DNA of 64,000 nucleotides from a virus: the IMG/VR virus record IMGVR_UViG_3300034060_000074. One strand, given 5' to 3'. The notes beneath the pieces are model-generated. The model did not search any database, had not been told where the DNA came from, and worked only from the letters and a program-made list of their open reading frames with translations. This document shows, piece after piece, positions 56,490 to 64,000 of this stretch; within the stretch, counting starts at the first letter, position 1; each line of letters opens with the position of its first letter. Made by a program: the position numbers and the translations under genes.

Positions 56490-57223
56490 TAGTTGCTTGG
56501 TTTTACAGCATTTGGTGCCTGCCCATCTGCACCATCGTCAGATATATCTGTTTTAAGTCTAAAGTAAGTAGATAACAACTTTTGAGAAGTGAGCTCTAAC
56601 ACTTGCTTCTCTAAATATCCAGGACATCCATATTCCTTATCTAAAGGATTCATACAGACTTCTTCTATAGGATATACTATACTACCACAGCCACACTCAG
56701 GGAACATTATTTCATTAGGTACATCTTCTTCAAAGAAAGCAGATATTCTTGTTGCCTTTAATAATGGATTGTTAATATATAAATAGCCACCATTAGCTAT
56801 CCAATAGTATTGTTCATTCTTTATAATAGGAAGTTTCAATAAGTTTAAATACCTATTGATTGTAATCTCTTTAAATCTTTTACCTTGACCACCCATAGCG
56901 TTGATAGAATATACACCCTGAATTACATATTGATAGTTTCCTTCAGATATGCGAGGAAGTTTATATCTGCTTCTTGCTACATTGCATGGATCTACAAATT
57001 CACAACATTCAGAAATAGGAACCTCTACCATCTCTAAACAAGGGATGGTAGTAAATAAAGTATCAGTGGCCCAAAGCTTTCTAAGATTTGTTTCACGCTT
57101 AACCAATAACTGTGTGTTGTTCTTAATCTCAGATGCCACCACCCTATCAGTGATAAGGTTATCTGTGGATAGCAACTTGTGCATTCCACGTACATCTGAA
57201 ACTAATTTCCTTAATGTTGCCAT
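56489..57223 (-). CDS. Putative tail ring/adaptor structural protein
   Basis: Position beside the IHF-like gene; helical termini and Cys-containing core. Confidence 0.5.
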   Translation of the reverse strand: MATLRKLVSDVRGMHKLLSTDNLITDRVVASEIKNNTQLLVKRETNLRKLWATDTLFTTIPCLEMVEVPISECCEFVDPCNVARSRYKLPRISEGNYQYVIQGVYSINAMGGQGKRFKEITINRYLNLLKLPIIKNEQYYWIANGGYLYINNPLLKATRISAFFEEDVPNEIMFPECGCGSIVYPIEEVCMNPLDKEYGCPGYLEKQVLELTSQKLLSTYFRLKTDISDDGADGQAPNAVKPSN

Positions 57224-58473
57224 TATAAATACTGTTTGAATATATTTGTCATTCCATCAGTCTCATCTATCAAGAATGCTGTCACTTCTGCTTTAGACAT
57301 TACGTGACCATTCTTATCATCCCAAAGACTCTTTGCATTTGAGAATGCTGGAATTTGGTAAAATTTAATACCATTAAAATCATGACTCACCTCGTGGTGT
57401 TTGTCTCCTGTAAATATATAGAAGTTATCATAATCAGACCAGTTGTTCTTAAACTCAATTGGAAATATACCAGCAAGCTTTACAGGCTTAATAGCATCTC
57501 CATGGTTAAACATCATTGCTGTATTACCATATCCTATGTATTTTCTATATTTAGGGCTGATGTTAAAGTCAGCTCTTTCTTCTTTTCTAAAATACGTTTG
57601 TAACCAATTAACCATATGCCATCCTACAAACTCATCATGATTACCAGCTACATACACTACGTTAACATTTTTAGCATATTGTAATAACATTGTAATTACA
57701 AATATTTCATGATTACATATCTTAAGAAATCCTTCATGATATGTACCTATGTTAGTTTGAGGAGTTCCTTTTGTAGTGTTGTTAGTATGCTCACTGTTAA
57801 ACTCATCTGAACCAATTATGTAAGTGATGTGATCTAGATTGTTAGATAGTTGAGCTTGAGTTAAAATAAGTTCTGTTTTAAACATCATTCTAGCAAACCT
57901 TTCTTCTATATCATTATTTCCATCTATGTCAAACTTATTCAAATGTGAGTCTTGTTTATTAATAACTAAACAAGCATGTTGCTTAGTTGGAACAAACTTA
58001 GGACTTATAACTGCTTGACTTACAGGCTCATATGAAGCTAAAAAGTCTACAAAACTATCTTGAAAAACTTGCTCTGTAGACTTCTTTCCTAACCATGCTT
58101 TGACTTGCCAATGAGGATTTCCACCATTCCCCCAGAAGTTCTGTACATATTTAGTTATTTCCCATTTCTCTGTATCTATCTTACACTTATTAATTAACTC
58201 ATCTAAGCTCTTTACTTCTTCGCTAAAATTAGCTACCACCTCTCCTGTACCCTTTACAAGGTCTTCTGTAAACTTAACAACCCTATCTTCTAAGTCTGTT
58301 ATATAGTTTCCAATCTCTGCATTTTCTTGAGCCACCTCTTCATTTCTTAGTTCTTTTAGTAAATCATCAACCTCTAATTCTGTAATTCCAAGCTTATCAG
58401 CGTAGAACTTCTTGCTCTTTTTCCAATGTAGAATGTCTTCTAACTGTTGTAGTAAGGGTTGGTTTTCAGGCAT
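57223..58473 (-). CDS. Calcineurin-like metallophosphoesterase with an N-terminal helical/HTH-like region
   Basis: QDSHLNK, GSDEFN, AGNHD, NHGD, GDKHH metal-binding motifs. Confidence 0.8.
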   Translation of the reverse strand: MPENQPLLQQLEDILHWKKSKKFYADKLGITELEVDDLLKELRNEEVAQENAEIGNYITDLEDRVVKFTEDLVKGTGEVVANFSEEVKSLDELINKCKIDTEKWEITKYVQNFWGNGGNPHWQVKAWLGKKSTEQVFQDSFVDFLASYEPVSQAVISPKFVPTKQHACLVINKQDSHLNKFDIDGNNDIEERFARMMFKTELILTQAQLSNNLDHITYIIGSDEFNSEHTNNTTKGTPQTNIGTYHEGFLKICNHEIFVITMLLQYAKNVNVVYVAGNHDEFVGWHMVNWLQTYFRKEERADFNISPKYRKYIGYGNTAMMFNHGDAIKPVKLAGIFPIEFKNNWSDYDNFYIFTGDKHHEVSHDFNGIKFYQIPAFSNAKSLWDDKNGHVMSKAEVTAFLIDETDGMTNIFKQYL

Positions 58474-58501
58474 ATGTAGCTAAGTTTAATTAAAATTAGC
58501 G

Positions 58502-58533
58502 TAAAGATAGGAACTATTTCTGATATACCCAAA
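58502..58533 (-). promoter_or_regulatory. Bacteroidota-type promoter variant
   Basis: TTTG (58530-58533), 20 nt, TATCTTTA (58502-58509). Confidence 0.6.
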
Positions 58534-58582
58534 AATTTACTAACTAATTTAATTATATAGAATAACTTTTTTTGTTAGAGTT

Positions 58583-58618
58583 AAAACAAAAACCCCCAGC
58601 CTAGAAAGGCCAGGGGGT
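58583..58618 (-). terminator. Intrinsic terminator
   Basis: ACCCCCAGCCT-AGAA-AGGCCAGGGGGT GC-rich stem followed on the minus strand by TTTTTGTTTT. Confidence 0.75.
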
Positions 58619-58667
58619 ACTCTGTAAACCAACAAACAGGGTTTTTGATATATTAAGTGTTAATCTA

Positions 58668-59216
58668 TTAACAGCTTACATAGTTTGTAAGTTCTCCATT
58701 AACATCTACTTCCACTGCATAATCAGTACCACTTCTGGTTAATTTTCTCCATCCCACTGAACCAACAAATGGTGTTGTCAAACTTGGACTATCATAGAAA
58801 ATCATTGTTACAATAGGAACAGTATATCCAGGTAAAGCATAAACAAGACTTGTTGTAGTTGAACCACTACAAGCACTAGCAGAACTACCTGTAGCTGAGT
58901 TATCAATTGTATATTCCACAGGTCCTGCTACAGTAGTTGTTGTAGTTGTTGTACTAGTACTAGTAGATGTGGTAGATGTAGTTGTTGTGGTGGTTCCTCC
59001 AGAAATAAGCATGTCAAGAGAGTTGGTACATGTTGCCAAAGAGGTCACTCTAATAATAGTAGCTCCATCAGGTACACCTGTTAGGGTGTATCCTGCTTGT
59101 AAGGCTGCTTTTGATATACCAGAAGCTAAGGGTGTAGTGTATCCATCTGCATCTGAATAGATGTCAAATGGGCCTGTATCTGCCCCAGCTAGGGTTAATG
59201 TTACTAAGACTGTCAT
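58668..59216 (-). CDS. Two-domain putative virion decoration protein with a poly-Thr linker
   Basis: Domain A (LTLAGADTGPFDIYSD...), a ~21-residue T/S linker, domain B (YDSPSLTTPF...VDVNGELTNYVSC). Confidence 0.7.
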   Translation of the reverse strand: MTVLVTLTLAGADTGPFDIYSDADGYTTPLASGISKAALQAGYTLTGVPDGATIIRVTSLATCTNSLDMLISGGTTTTTTSTTSTSTSTTTTTTTVAGPVEYTIDNSATGSSASACSGSTTTSLVYALPGYTVPIVTMIFYDSPSLTTPFVGSVGWRKLTRSGTDYAVEVDVNGELTNYVSC

Positions 59217-59238
59217 TTTTTAAATTGATTTTGATTGG

Positions 59239-59502
59239 TTATGGACATTGATTCAATAAATTACAAAGAGCAGTTTGTAATTGTACACTATTTCCAATAG
59301 CAGTTAAGATTGTTTGGGCTAATAGTGTTGGATCTAAATCAGCGTCTATCTTTTGGAGAGCCACTGTTAAGTTATCATTTGTTTCTATACCTGTATTAGG
59401 AAGATTAGGGCCTGTGTATTTTATATTGTTTGTACCAATACAATAGACAGGACCTGCAGTTTGTCCTTCTGGGGTATAACATGGATTATAAATATTAACC
59501 AT
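59239..59502 (-). CDS. Small protein made of the shared fibre-attachment-like motif
   Basis: CIGTNNIKYTGPNLPNTGIETNDNLTVALQKID is similar to the N-terminus of the 3083-aa fibre. Confidence 0.7.
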   Translation of the reverse strand: MVNIYNPCYTPEGQTAGPVYCIGTNNIKYTGPNLPNTGIETNDNLTVALQKIDADLDPTLLAQTILTAIGNSVQLQTALCNLLNQCP

Positions 59503-59511
59503 TTTTTTCTA

Positions 59512-60690
59512 TTAAGGGATGTACATTATATAATATGCAGCAATTACAGGTTGTATGTTTAAATGAGCTCCATCATTACCTGTAGGGTCAACTGTTATAG
59601 CCACATTATTAGGAGCATTGGAAGTCACTGTAATTCCAGTGGTAGCTGTTGTTGTTTGAACATTAAAAGGGCTTCTGTTTACAATACCAATATTACCAGC
59701 ACTATCCCAACCTTCTGGTGAATTGCCAAGATAATGACTATGACCAGGGTCGTTCAATGTAACAGTTGCTGTACCTAAAGCATTATGTGAGTGGGCTGGC
59801 AATTGTGAAGGAATAAGCACTATTGTGTTTGCTCCTGCTGTACCAGATAAAGCATAGTTAGGGTTGCCAGCAAAAACAGGATTAACAGCAGCATCAAGAC
59901 CAATTCCTACAGGAGGTACACTAGCAATAGCTCCTACAGCAACACGTCCTCTTTTATCAGGAGTGCCATTTAAGCCATTGCATAGATACACCTTATTGAA
60001 ACCATTTGCTGGAATACCAGCACCTGTTCCATCAAAGTCAGTCAATGACCCATAATATTCATATGCTACAAAAGGAACCATCTTTGAAGACTGCTGGGTA
60101 GAACCACCTGCTTGACTAGCTAAATAAGCAGCAATTAAAGCATCTAGGTCTGCAAGCTTAACATAGTTTGTATCTAAGTCTAAAGTAAGAGCAGCTAAGT
60201 TAGCTTCAACTATACAAAGCTTTGTTATAACAGCTTGTAATACAGCATGTGTATCACTAGAGTCTGTTACACCACTTAGACAGTCTACATCATAATCAGC
60301 ATTCAATATAGCAATTTCAGCTTCTACAGCATCAACTTGTACTTGTAAATCACAAGCAGCTCTTACTAAAGCAGACAACACCTCAACTAAGTTAGGTGTT
60401 CCTACTGGTAAGTATTGATCTACTAGTTCACAATAATAAGCAGGATTGATAGTTATGTCAATACCTGTTCCATCTAAGAAGGAAACAACAGTATCAATTA
60501 ATATATTCTCTACAGTGAGCAATGAGTCTCCTGTTGTAATACCCAATGCTTCAGAGCCAATACCTGTATATCTAACACATTGATCAGATACAATCTCTAC
60601 ACAGCCATTATAACAGGCATCACAAGGTCTTATTGTTGTAATGGTAGAAGTGGTACTTGTAGTAGTAGTAGTAGTGGTATCTTCTGGCAT
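59512..60690 (-). CDS. Fibre protein with a tail-collar (microcystin-dependent-like) domain and an N-terminal poly-Thr tract
   Basis: VYLCNGLNGTPDKRGRVAVGA...GANTIVLIPSQLPAHSH...HLNIQPVIAAYYIMY collar signature; central coiled coil. Confidence 0.75.
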   Translation of the reverse strand: MPEDTTTTTTTSTTSTITTIRPCDACYNGCVEIVSDQCVRYTGIGSEALGITTGDSLLTVENILIDTVVSFLDGTGIDITINPAYYCELVDQYLPVGTPNLVEVLSALVRAACDLQVQVDAVEAEIAILNADYDVDCLSGVTDSSDTHAVLQAVITKLCIVEANLAALTLDLDTNYVKLADLDALIAAYLASQAGGSTQQSSKMVPFVAYEYYGSLTDFDGTGAGIPANGFNKVYLCNGLNGTPDKRGRVAVGAIASVPPVGIGLDAAVNPVFAGNPNYALSGTAGANTIVLIPSQLPAHSHNALGTATVTLNDPGHSHYLGNSPEGWDSAGNIGIVNRSPFNVQTTTATTGITVTSNAPNNVAITVDPTGNDGAHLNIQPVIAAYYIMYIP

Positions 60691-60698
60691 TTTATAAT

Positions 60699-60965
60699 TT
60701 ATTTATGAATTAAAATTTTAACTCTACTAGCTATTCTTTGTACAGAGAAATGGTTGGCATAGTCTGGATTACAATACTTGTATGTTAGTATTCTTTTGTA
60801 ATTCAACAACTCACCAATTGGACTACACGCAAGGCTATAGTTCATAGAGAATATGATATTGTTATATTGAATCTTAGCTAACTCAGTTAGCTTATAGTCA
60901 ATATCTTGAAGCAAGACAGGGATGCTTGCACATTCTATACAGTTAGTTAATCTTGGCTGCAACAT
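60699..60965 (-). CDS. Hypothetical structural-module protein (probable start MLQPRL at 60965)
   Basis: ORF track; start trimmed because the upstream part overlaps the Cys-rich small ORF. Confidence 0.6.
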   Translation of the reverse strand: MLQPRLTNCIECASIPVLLQDIDYKLTELAKIQYNNIIFSMNYSLACSPIGELLNYKRILTYKYCNPDYANHFSVQRIASRVKILIHK

Positions 60966-61077
60966 ATTTAATAAGGTTTGTAGCTTGTTTAACAGCAGCA
61001 TTGCATGCTGAACATAAGCCATTAATCAATTGACATCCACAACCAAATTTAGCTCCACAGTTTCTACAGTTTGCCAT
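60943..61077 (-). CDS. Cys-rich small protein (44 aa), possible metal-binding
   Basis: Not in the ORF track; hand translation MANCRNCGAKFGCGCQLINGLCSACNAAVKQATNLIKYVAAKIN (CxxC, CxC, CxxC). Confidence 0.7.
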   Translation of the reverse strand: MANCRNCGAKFGCGCQLINGLCSACNAAVKQATNLIKYVAAKIN

Positions 61078-61078
61078 A

Positions 61079-61636
61079 TTAATAAAAGTTAATGATGTAA
61101 TTATTTCCAGAACAACCACAGTTGCTCCTAATAAAATTGTTTAACATATTATTTGCTTGCATATAAAGCTTATTAGCAGTATCTATAGCACAGTTGTTTG
61201 CAGCAGCTATTGAACCTGATATCATATAATAGATGCTAGTCAATGCCACTTTTGATTGTGTTTTGATAGCAAGATCACATTCCATTAAATCAAGTTTCAT
61301 AAAAGCATTATCAAACTTCTCTTGTATAAGCTCAGTACGCATGATGTTTCTTTCTACATGATACGTAATAGCAGGTGCCACTGTATACCTTAGATAGTAT
61401 ATACCATCTGGTAGAGGAATTAATGGTTCACCTACAAGACTAAGTCCTAAAGATGTAGAATTGAATATATTAAAGTCATTTGGAACAAATGGTAAAGATA
61501 CCACTCCAAAATTGGGTACTGTTATTTCTATTGTAGGGGAGCTCACAACAGGAGGATCTGTGTCATATGTTGAAGCGTCAGCAATACCTAGTGTTAAGGT
61601 ATTGTAAGTTGGTATTACCAATATATCTAAGACCAT
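61079..61636 (-). CDS. Putative structural protein (185 aa)
   Basis: Beta-rich N-domain (LPDGIYYLRYTV) plus helical Cys-containing C-domain; within the head-tail module. Confidence 0.6.
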   Translation of the reverse strand: MVLDILVIPTYNTLTLGIADASTYDTDPPVVSSPTIEITVPNFGVVSLPFVPNDFNIFNSTSLGLSLVGEPLIPLPDGIYYLRYTVAPAITYHVERNIMRTELIQEKFDNAFMKLDLMECDLAIKTQSKVALTSIYYMISGSIAAANNCAIDTANKLYMQANNMLNNFIRSNCGCSGNNYIINFY

Positions 61637-61640
61637 GTTA

Positions 61641-61692
61641 TTTAAAATAAAAATGCCAGAGGATTTGAGAATATCCTCTCACCCTCTGGCAT
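61641..61692 (-). terminator. Intrinsic terminator after the 386-aa structural gene
   Basis: Perfect 10-bp inverted repeat ATGCCAGAGG (61653-61662) / CCTCTGGCAT (61683-61692) followed by TTTTTATTTT on the minus strand. Confidence 0.8.
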
Positions 61693-61718
61693 AGGTTAAT
61701 ATGATAACTACCTTACTA

Positions 61719-62879
61719 TTAAGGAATTAAAGTAGTTGTTGTTGAAGTACTAGGCCATACAGTTGTAGTGGTAGACGTTGTTGTAATACAAGCGTTATCA
61801 CTAGCAACAGTTCCTAAAGCAGCTTCTAATATAGCTTCAATTGCAGCACTTAAGCTCTGAGGACTAGCTATAATTACAGTGCTATCTTCCATAATGTAAT
61901 CACCCCATTGATAAGCTGACTTGTCATACTCGTTAAACTTGATGTAGTAGGTATCATAGGTAGTACCATCTGTTACCCAACTTTCAAAGTTTTCATTATA
62001 ACCAGCCATTCTGTAAAGATGCTTTAAGTAACCAGCTTGGTAGCTATAGAAATTCTTTTCTAATTGTTGAATTTCTGCAGAAGTACCTAGAGGGTAGCTA
62101 GAGCGTTGAGTGATAACAGGTTCAGCAACAAAGTTACATCTGTCAGCCACAATAAAGTCAGCAGTAGTTGCAGGACCAGAATACACAAATGTGCGGAAGT
62201 AAAATCTGTCATACTCCCAAGGGAATGCAGCAACGTCACATGGTTGACCATATTGAGTTAGAGGCTTACCAGAGATAACTAATTTAGCACTTGCATCATT
62301 ACCAACTCTTTGGAATTGATAGAAAGTGTTAAAGCTAATGTTGTCTGGGTTATCACCAGGAGCTTGTTGTGTTAACTTGATGATAAATTGATCAATTAAT
62401 GCAGGAACGTCTACATCAGTGCAAGGATCACCACCACAATCACAACATGGAGCTTGTACAGTTACACTACGAGTGAAACCATTGAAGTATAATGTGTCAA
62501 CGTAAGAAGAGTGACCACGTAACGTTAATGTTACGATCTCACCACATTTTACTGTCCAATCACCAACTTCAGTTACTTGGTTAGCTACTGTAGCACATCC
62601 TGTAACTTTGTACCATTCTGTTACATTAGATTTGCAAGAAGAACCTGAAGGACATCCAGAAATTTTATCTGAACGCTTAGATCCTTGTAAATAAGTGTTT
62701 ACTCTACCTTGAGCTGCATAAAAATAGGGGGATGCTGCAATGTTACCAGCGTTAGCCACTGTATAATCACTACGAAACAATCCAAATTGACCAGCTGTTA
62801 AATCTTGTGTTGAGCCAGAGCTAGGTAAAGTATTGCCTACTGGTACAACAAAGAGCGTGGTTAGGGAAAAATCTGCCAT
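61719..62879 (-). CDS. Putative auxiliary capsid/major structural protein with a C-terminal Thr tail
   Basis: Third gene of the conserved post-capsid trio of crAss-like phages (by position); followed by a strong terminator; ends CITTTSTTTTVWPSTSTTTTLIP. Confidence 0.55.
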   Translation of the reverse strand: MADFSLTTLFVVPVGNTLPSSGSTQDLTAGQFGLFRSDYTVANAGNIAASPYFYAAQGRVNTYLQGSKRSDKISGCPSGSSCKSNVTEWYKVTGCATVANQVTEVGDWTVKCGEIVTLTLRGHSSYVDTLYFNGFTRSVTVQAPCCDCGGDPCTDVDVPALIDQFIIKLTQQAPGDNPDNISFNTFYQFQRVGNDASAKLVISGKPLTQYGQPCDVAAFPWEYDRFYFRTFVYSGPATTADFIVADRCNFVAEPVITQRSSYPLGTSAEIQQLEKNFYSYQAGYLKHLYRMAGYNENFESWVTDGTTYDTYYIKFNEYDKSAYQWGDYIMEDSTVIIASPQSLSAAIEAILEAALGTVASDNACITTTSTTTTVWPSTSTTTTLIP

Positions 62880-62905
62880 TTTGTTTTATTTTAAATTGTA
62901 AAAAA

Positions 62906-63637
62906 TTACTCGTTTGTTTGTATTCTATATATAGAGCTTTGAACAGCAGATTGATTTTCTGTGTACATTGCTAAATTTTGTACTGTAAGATCTAGTAACT
63001 CATCTTCAAGATAGGTTTCTAGTTCACAAGGAGAATCAATTGAATTTGTGCCATCAAATCTAACGTACCCAACTTTATCTATGTATTGTGGGTAACGCAT
63101 ATATGAAATGTATATATTAGTTGGTGTAAAAGTACCATCTGTAAATATAGAGATTTCATCAGAAGATAAGGAATTGAACGTTTCTTGATATTCAAAAGAT
63201 GGTCTATAGTGAGTGTTAGTTAAACAAAACTGTAGATCACCATGTTTAGCAAGATCTCTATTAATCCAAATCTTTCTATCTGTACACACTCCCTTGTCTG
63301 CCAATACATAACTATCAATATAGAACATGTATTTAGGAGTGAGTAAATGTATGTTTGCAGACCATTGATTTAATTCAGCGTTCTTAATTGTTAAGTTAAG
63401 AGGCTGATGGTTATAGGTCAACACCAGACTTTGTAGGTCTTCATAACGCTTTTTAAAAGAGTCTAGACCCATTCCTGATACAGTACTAAAACCATCAACC
63501 TTTTGCTTTATAAGTTTTATCTGAGCTTCATTCAACGCTAGAATTTTATCTTCTAGGTTGATTTGTTGATGTTCATTTGTTGATAGTTTATTTAGTTTCT
63601 GATCAATTTTGTATAATAAACTATCTACAGGGATCAT
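62906..63637 (-). CDS. Putative head-tail ring protein
   Basis: KIDQKLNKLS...LNEAQ...CELETYLEDELLDLTVQ helical adaptor-like pattern; conserved position. Confidence 0.55.
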   Translation of the reverse strand: MIPVDSLLYKIDQKLNKLSTNEHQQINLEDKILALNEAQIKLIKQKVDGFSTVSGMGLDSFKKRYEDLQSLVLTYNHQPLNLTIKNAELNQWSANIHLLTPKYMFYIDSYVLADKGVCTDRKIWINRDLAKHGDLQFCLTNTHYRPSFEYQETFNSLSSDEISIFTDGTFTPTNIYISYMRYPQYIDKVGYVRFDGTNSIDSPCELETYLEDELLDLTVQNLAMYTENQSAVQSSIYRIQTNE

Positions 63638-64000
63638 AATGCAGCTATTTTTTTACCTTTTAATTTACCTTCTAAAATCAATAATTGATCTTGATTATCA
63701 TCATCTGCTAAGAACTTAACTAAATCATCTTCATCCTTAGCTATTTCAAACTCACCTTCATAGATCTTACCATTTGGTTTAGCTCTATATACTGAGTGAG
63801 CAACTGCTTGTTTAACCAAGTCTTTAATATGGAGTAAGTTTTCCTTCATGTCTGCAAATCTGTTAAACACCTCAATTGGACTTAACCCTTGATATTTGCC
63901 ATTCTTGAATTCTGTTTGTTTTAATAGGTTATCCACCTGATTGTATACAGATTCTTCTTTTGAATCATCTGATATTGGAAGACCAAGTAGACGAGCTACC
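63634..64000 (-). CDS. 3' part of a conserved structural-module gene (start lies outside the window)
   Basis: Frame is open to the window edge (VARLLGLPISDDSKEESVYNQVDNLLKQ...); the track's 63936 start is an internal GTG. Confidence 0.7.
   Translation of the reverse strand, partial: VARLLGLPISDDSKEESVYNQVDNLLKQTEFKNGKYQGLSPIEVFNRFADMKENLLHIKDLVKQAVAHSVYRAKPNGKIYEGEFEIAKDEDDLVKFLADDDNQDQLLILEGKLKGKKIAAL

Noticed and set aside
1-64000. tRNA, rRNA, integrase, transposase, intron/intein, major capsid, portal and terminase genes
   Set aside because: None recognised by eye. Capsid, portal and terminase probably lie beyond the right edge. Small RNAs or tRNAs could be missed without a covariance search.

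Overview
This 64-kb AT-rich window is the virion-morphogenesis, cargo and lysis arm of a large tailed phage that looks crAss-like (Crassvirales-type). Almost all genes lie on the minus strand in the standard genetic code. The host is probably in the Bacteroidota, judged from repeated TTTG-N19/20-TAnnTTTG promoters. In transcription order (right to left) it carries: conserved post-capsid structural genes, small fibre/collar proteins, a metallophosphoesterase, ring/tail-tube-like and IHF-like genes, a muzzle/tail-stabilisation-like gene that appears split in two, three putative cargo proteins, a 3906-aa virion RNA polymerase (GSDFDIDK motif), a 1704-aa PD-(D/E)xK-containing protein, a 3083-aa fibre (Gly-Thr-Ser triplets, more than 100 GGxxN repeats, S74-type chaperone), a glycosylation/sulfation island, a GH19 lysis cassette, and small basic and Thr-tailed proteins. 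The island encodes a GT9-like enzyme, a sulfotransferase, an APS kinase, an HxGH nucleotidyltransferase, an inverted four-domain methyltransferase/GT-A/GT4/TibC-like enzyme, DUF6165 and DUF2061. The main candidate novel system is a phage-encoded mucin-like virion coat: at least seven proteins carry poly-Thr/Ser tracts and two carry (GTS)n repeats, alongside two enzymes resembling protein O-glycosyltransferases (TibC/BAHT-like and plant SGT/HPAT-like) and a minimal PAPS/sulfotransferase pathway. All family assignments come from motif recognition by eye; no database searches were run. No tRNA, rRNA, CRISPR array or IS element was seen.
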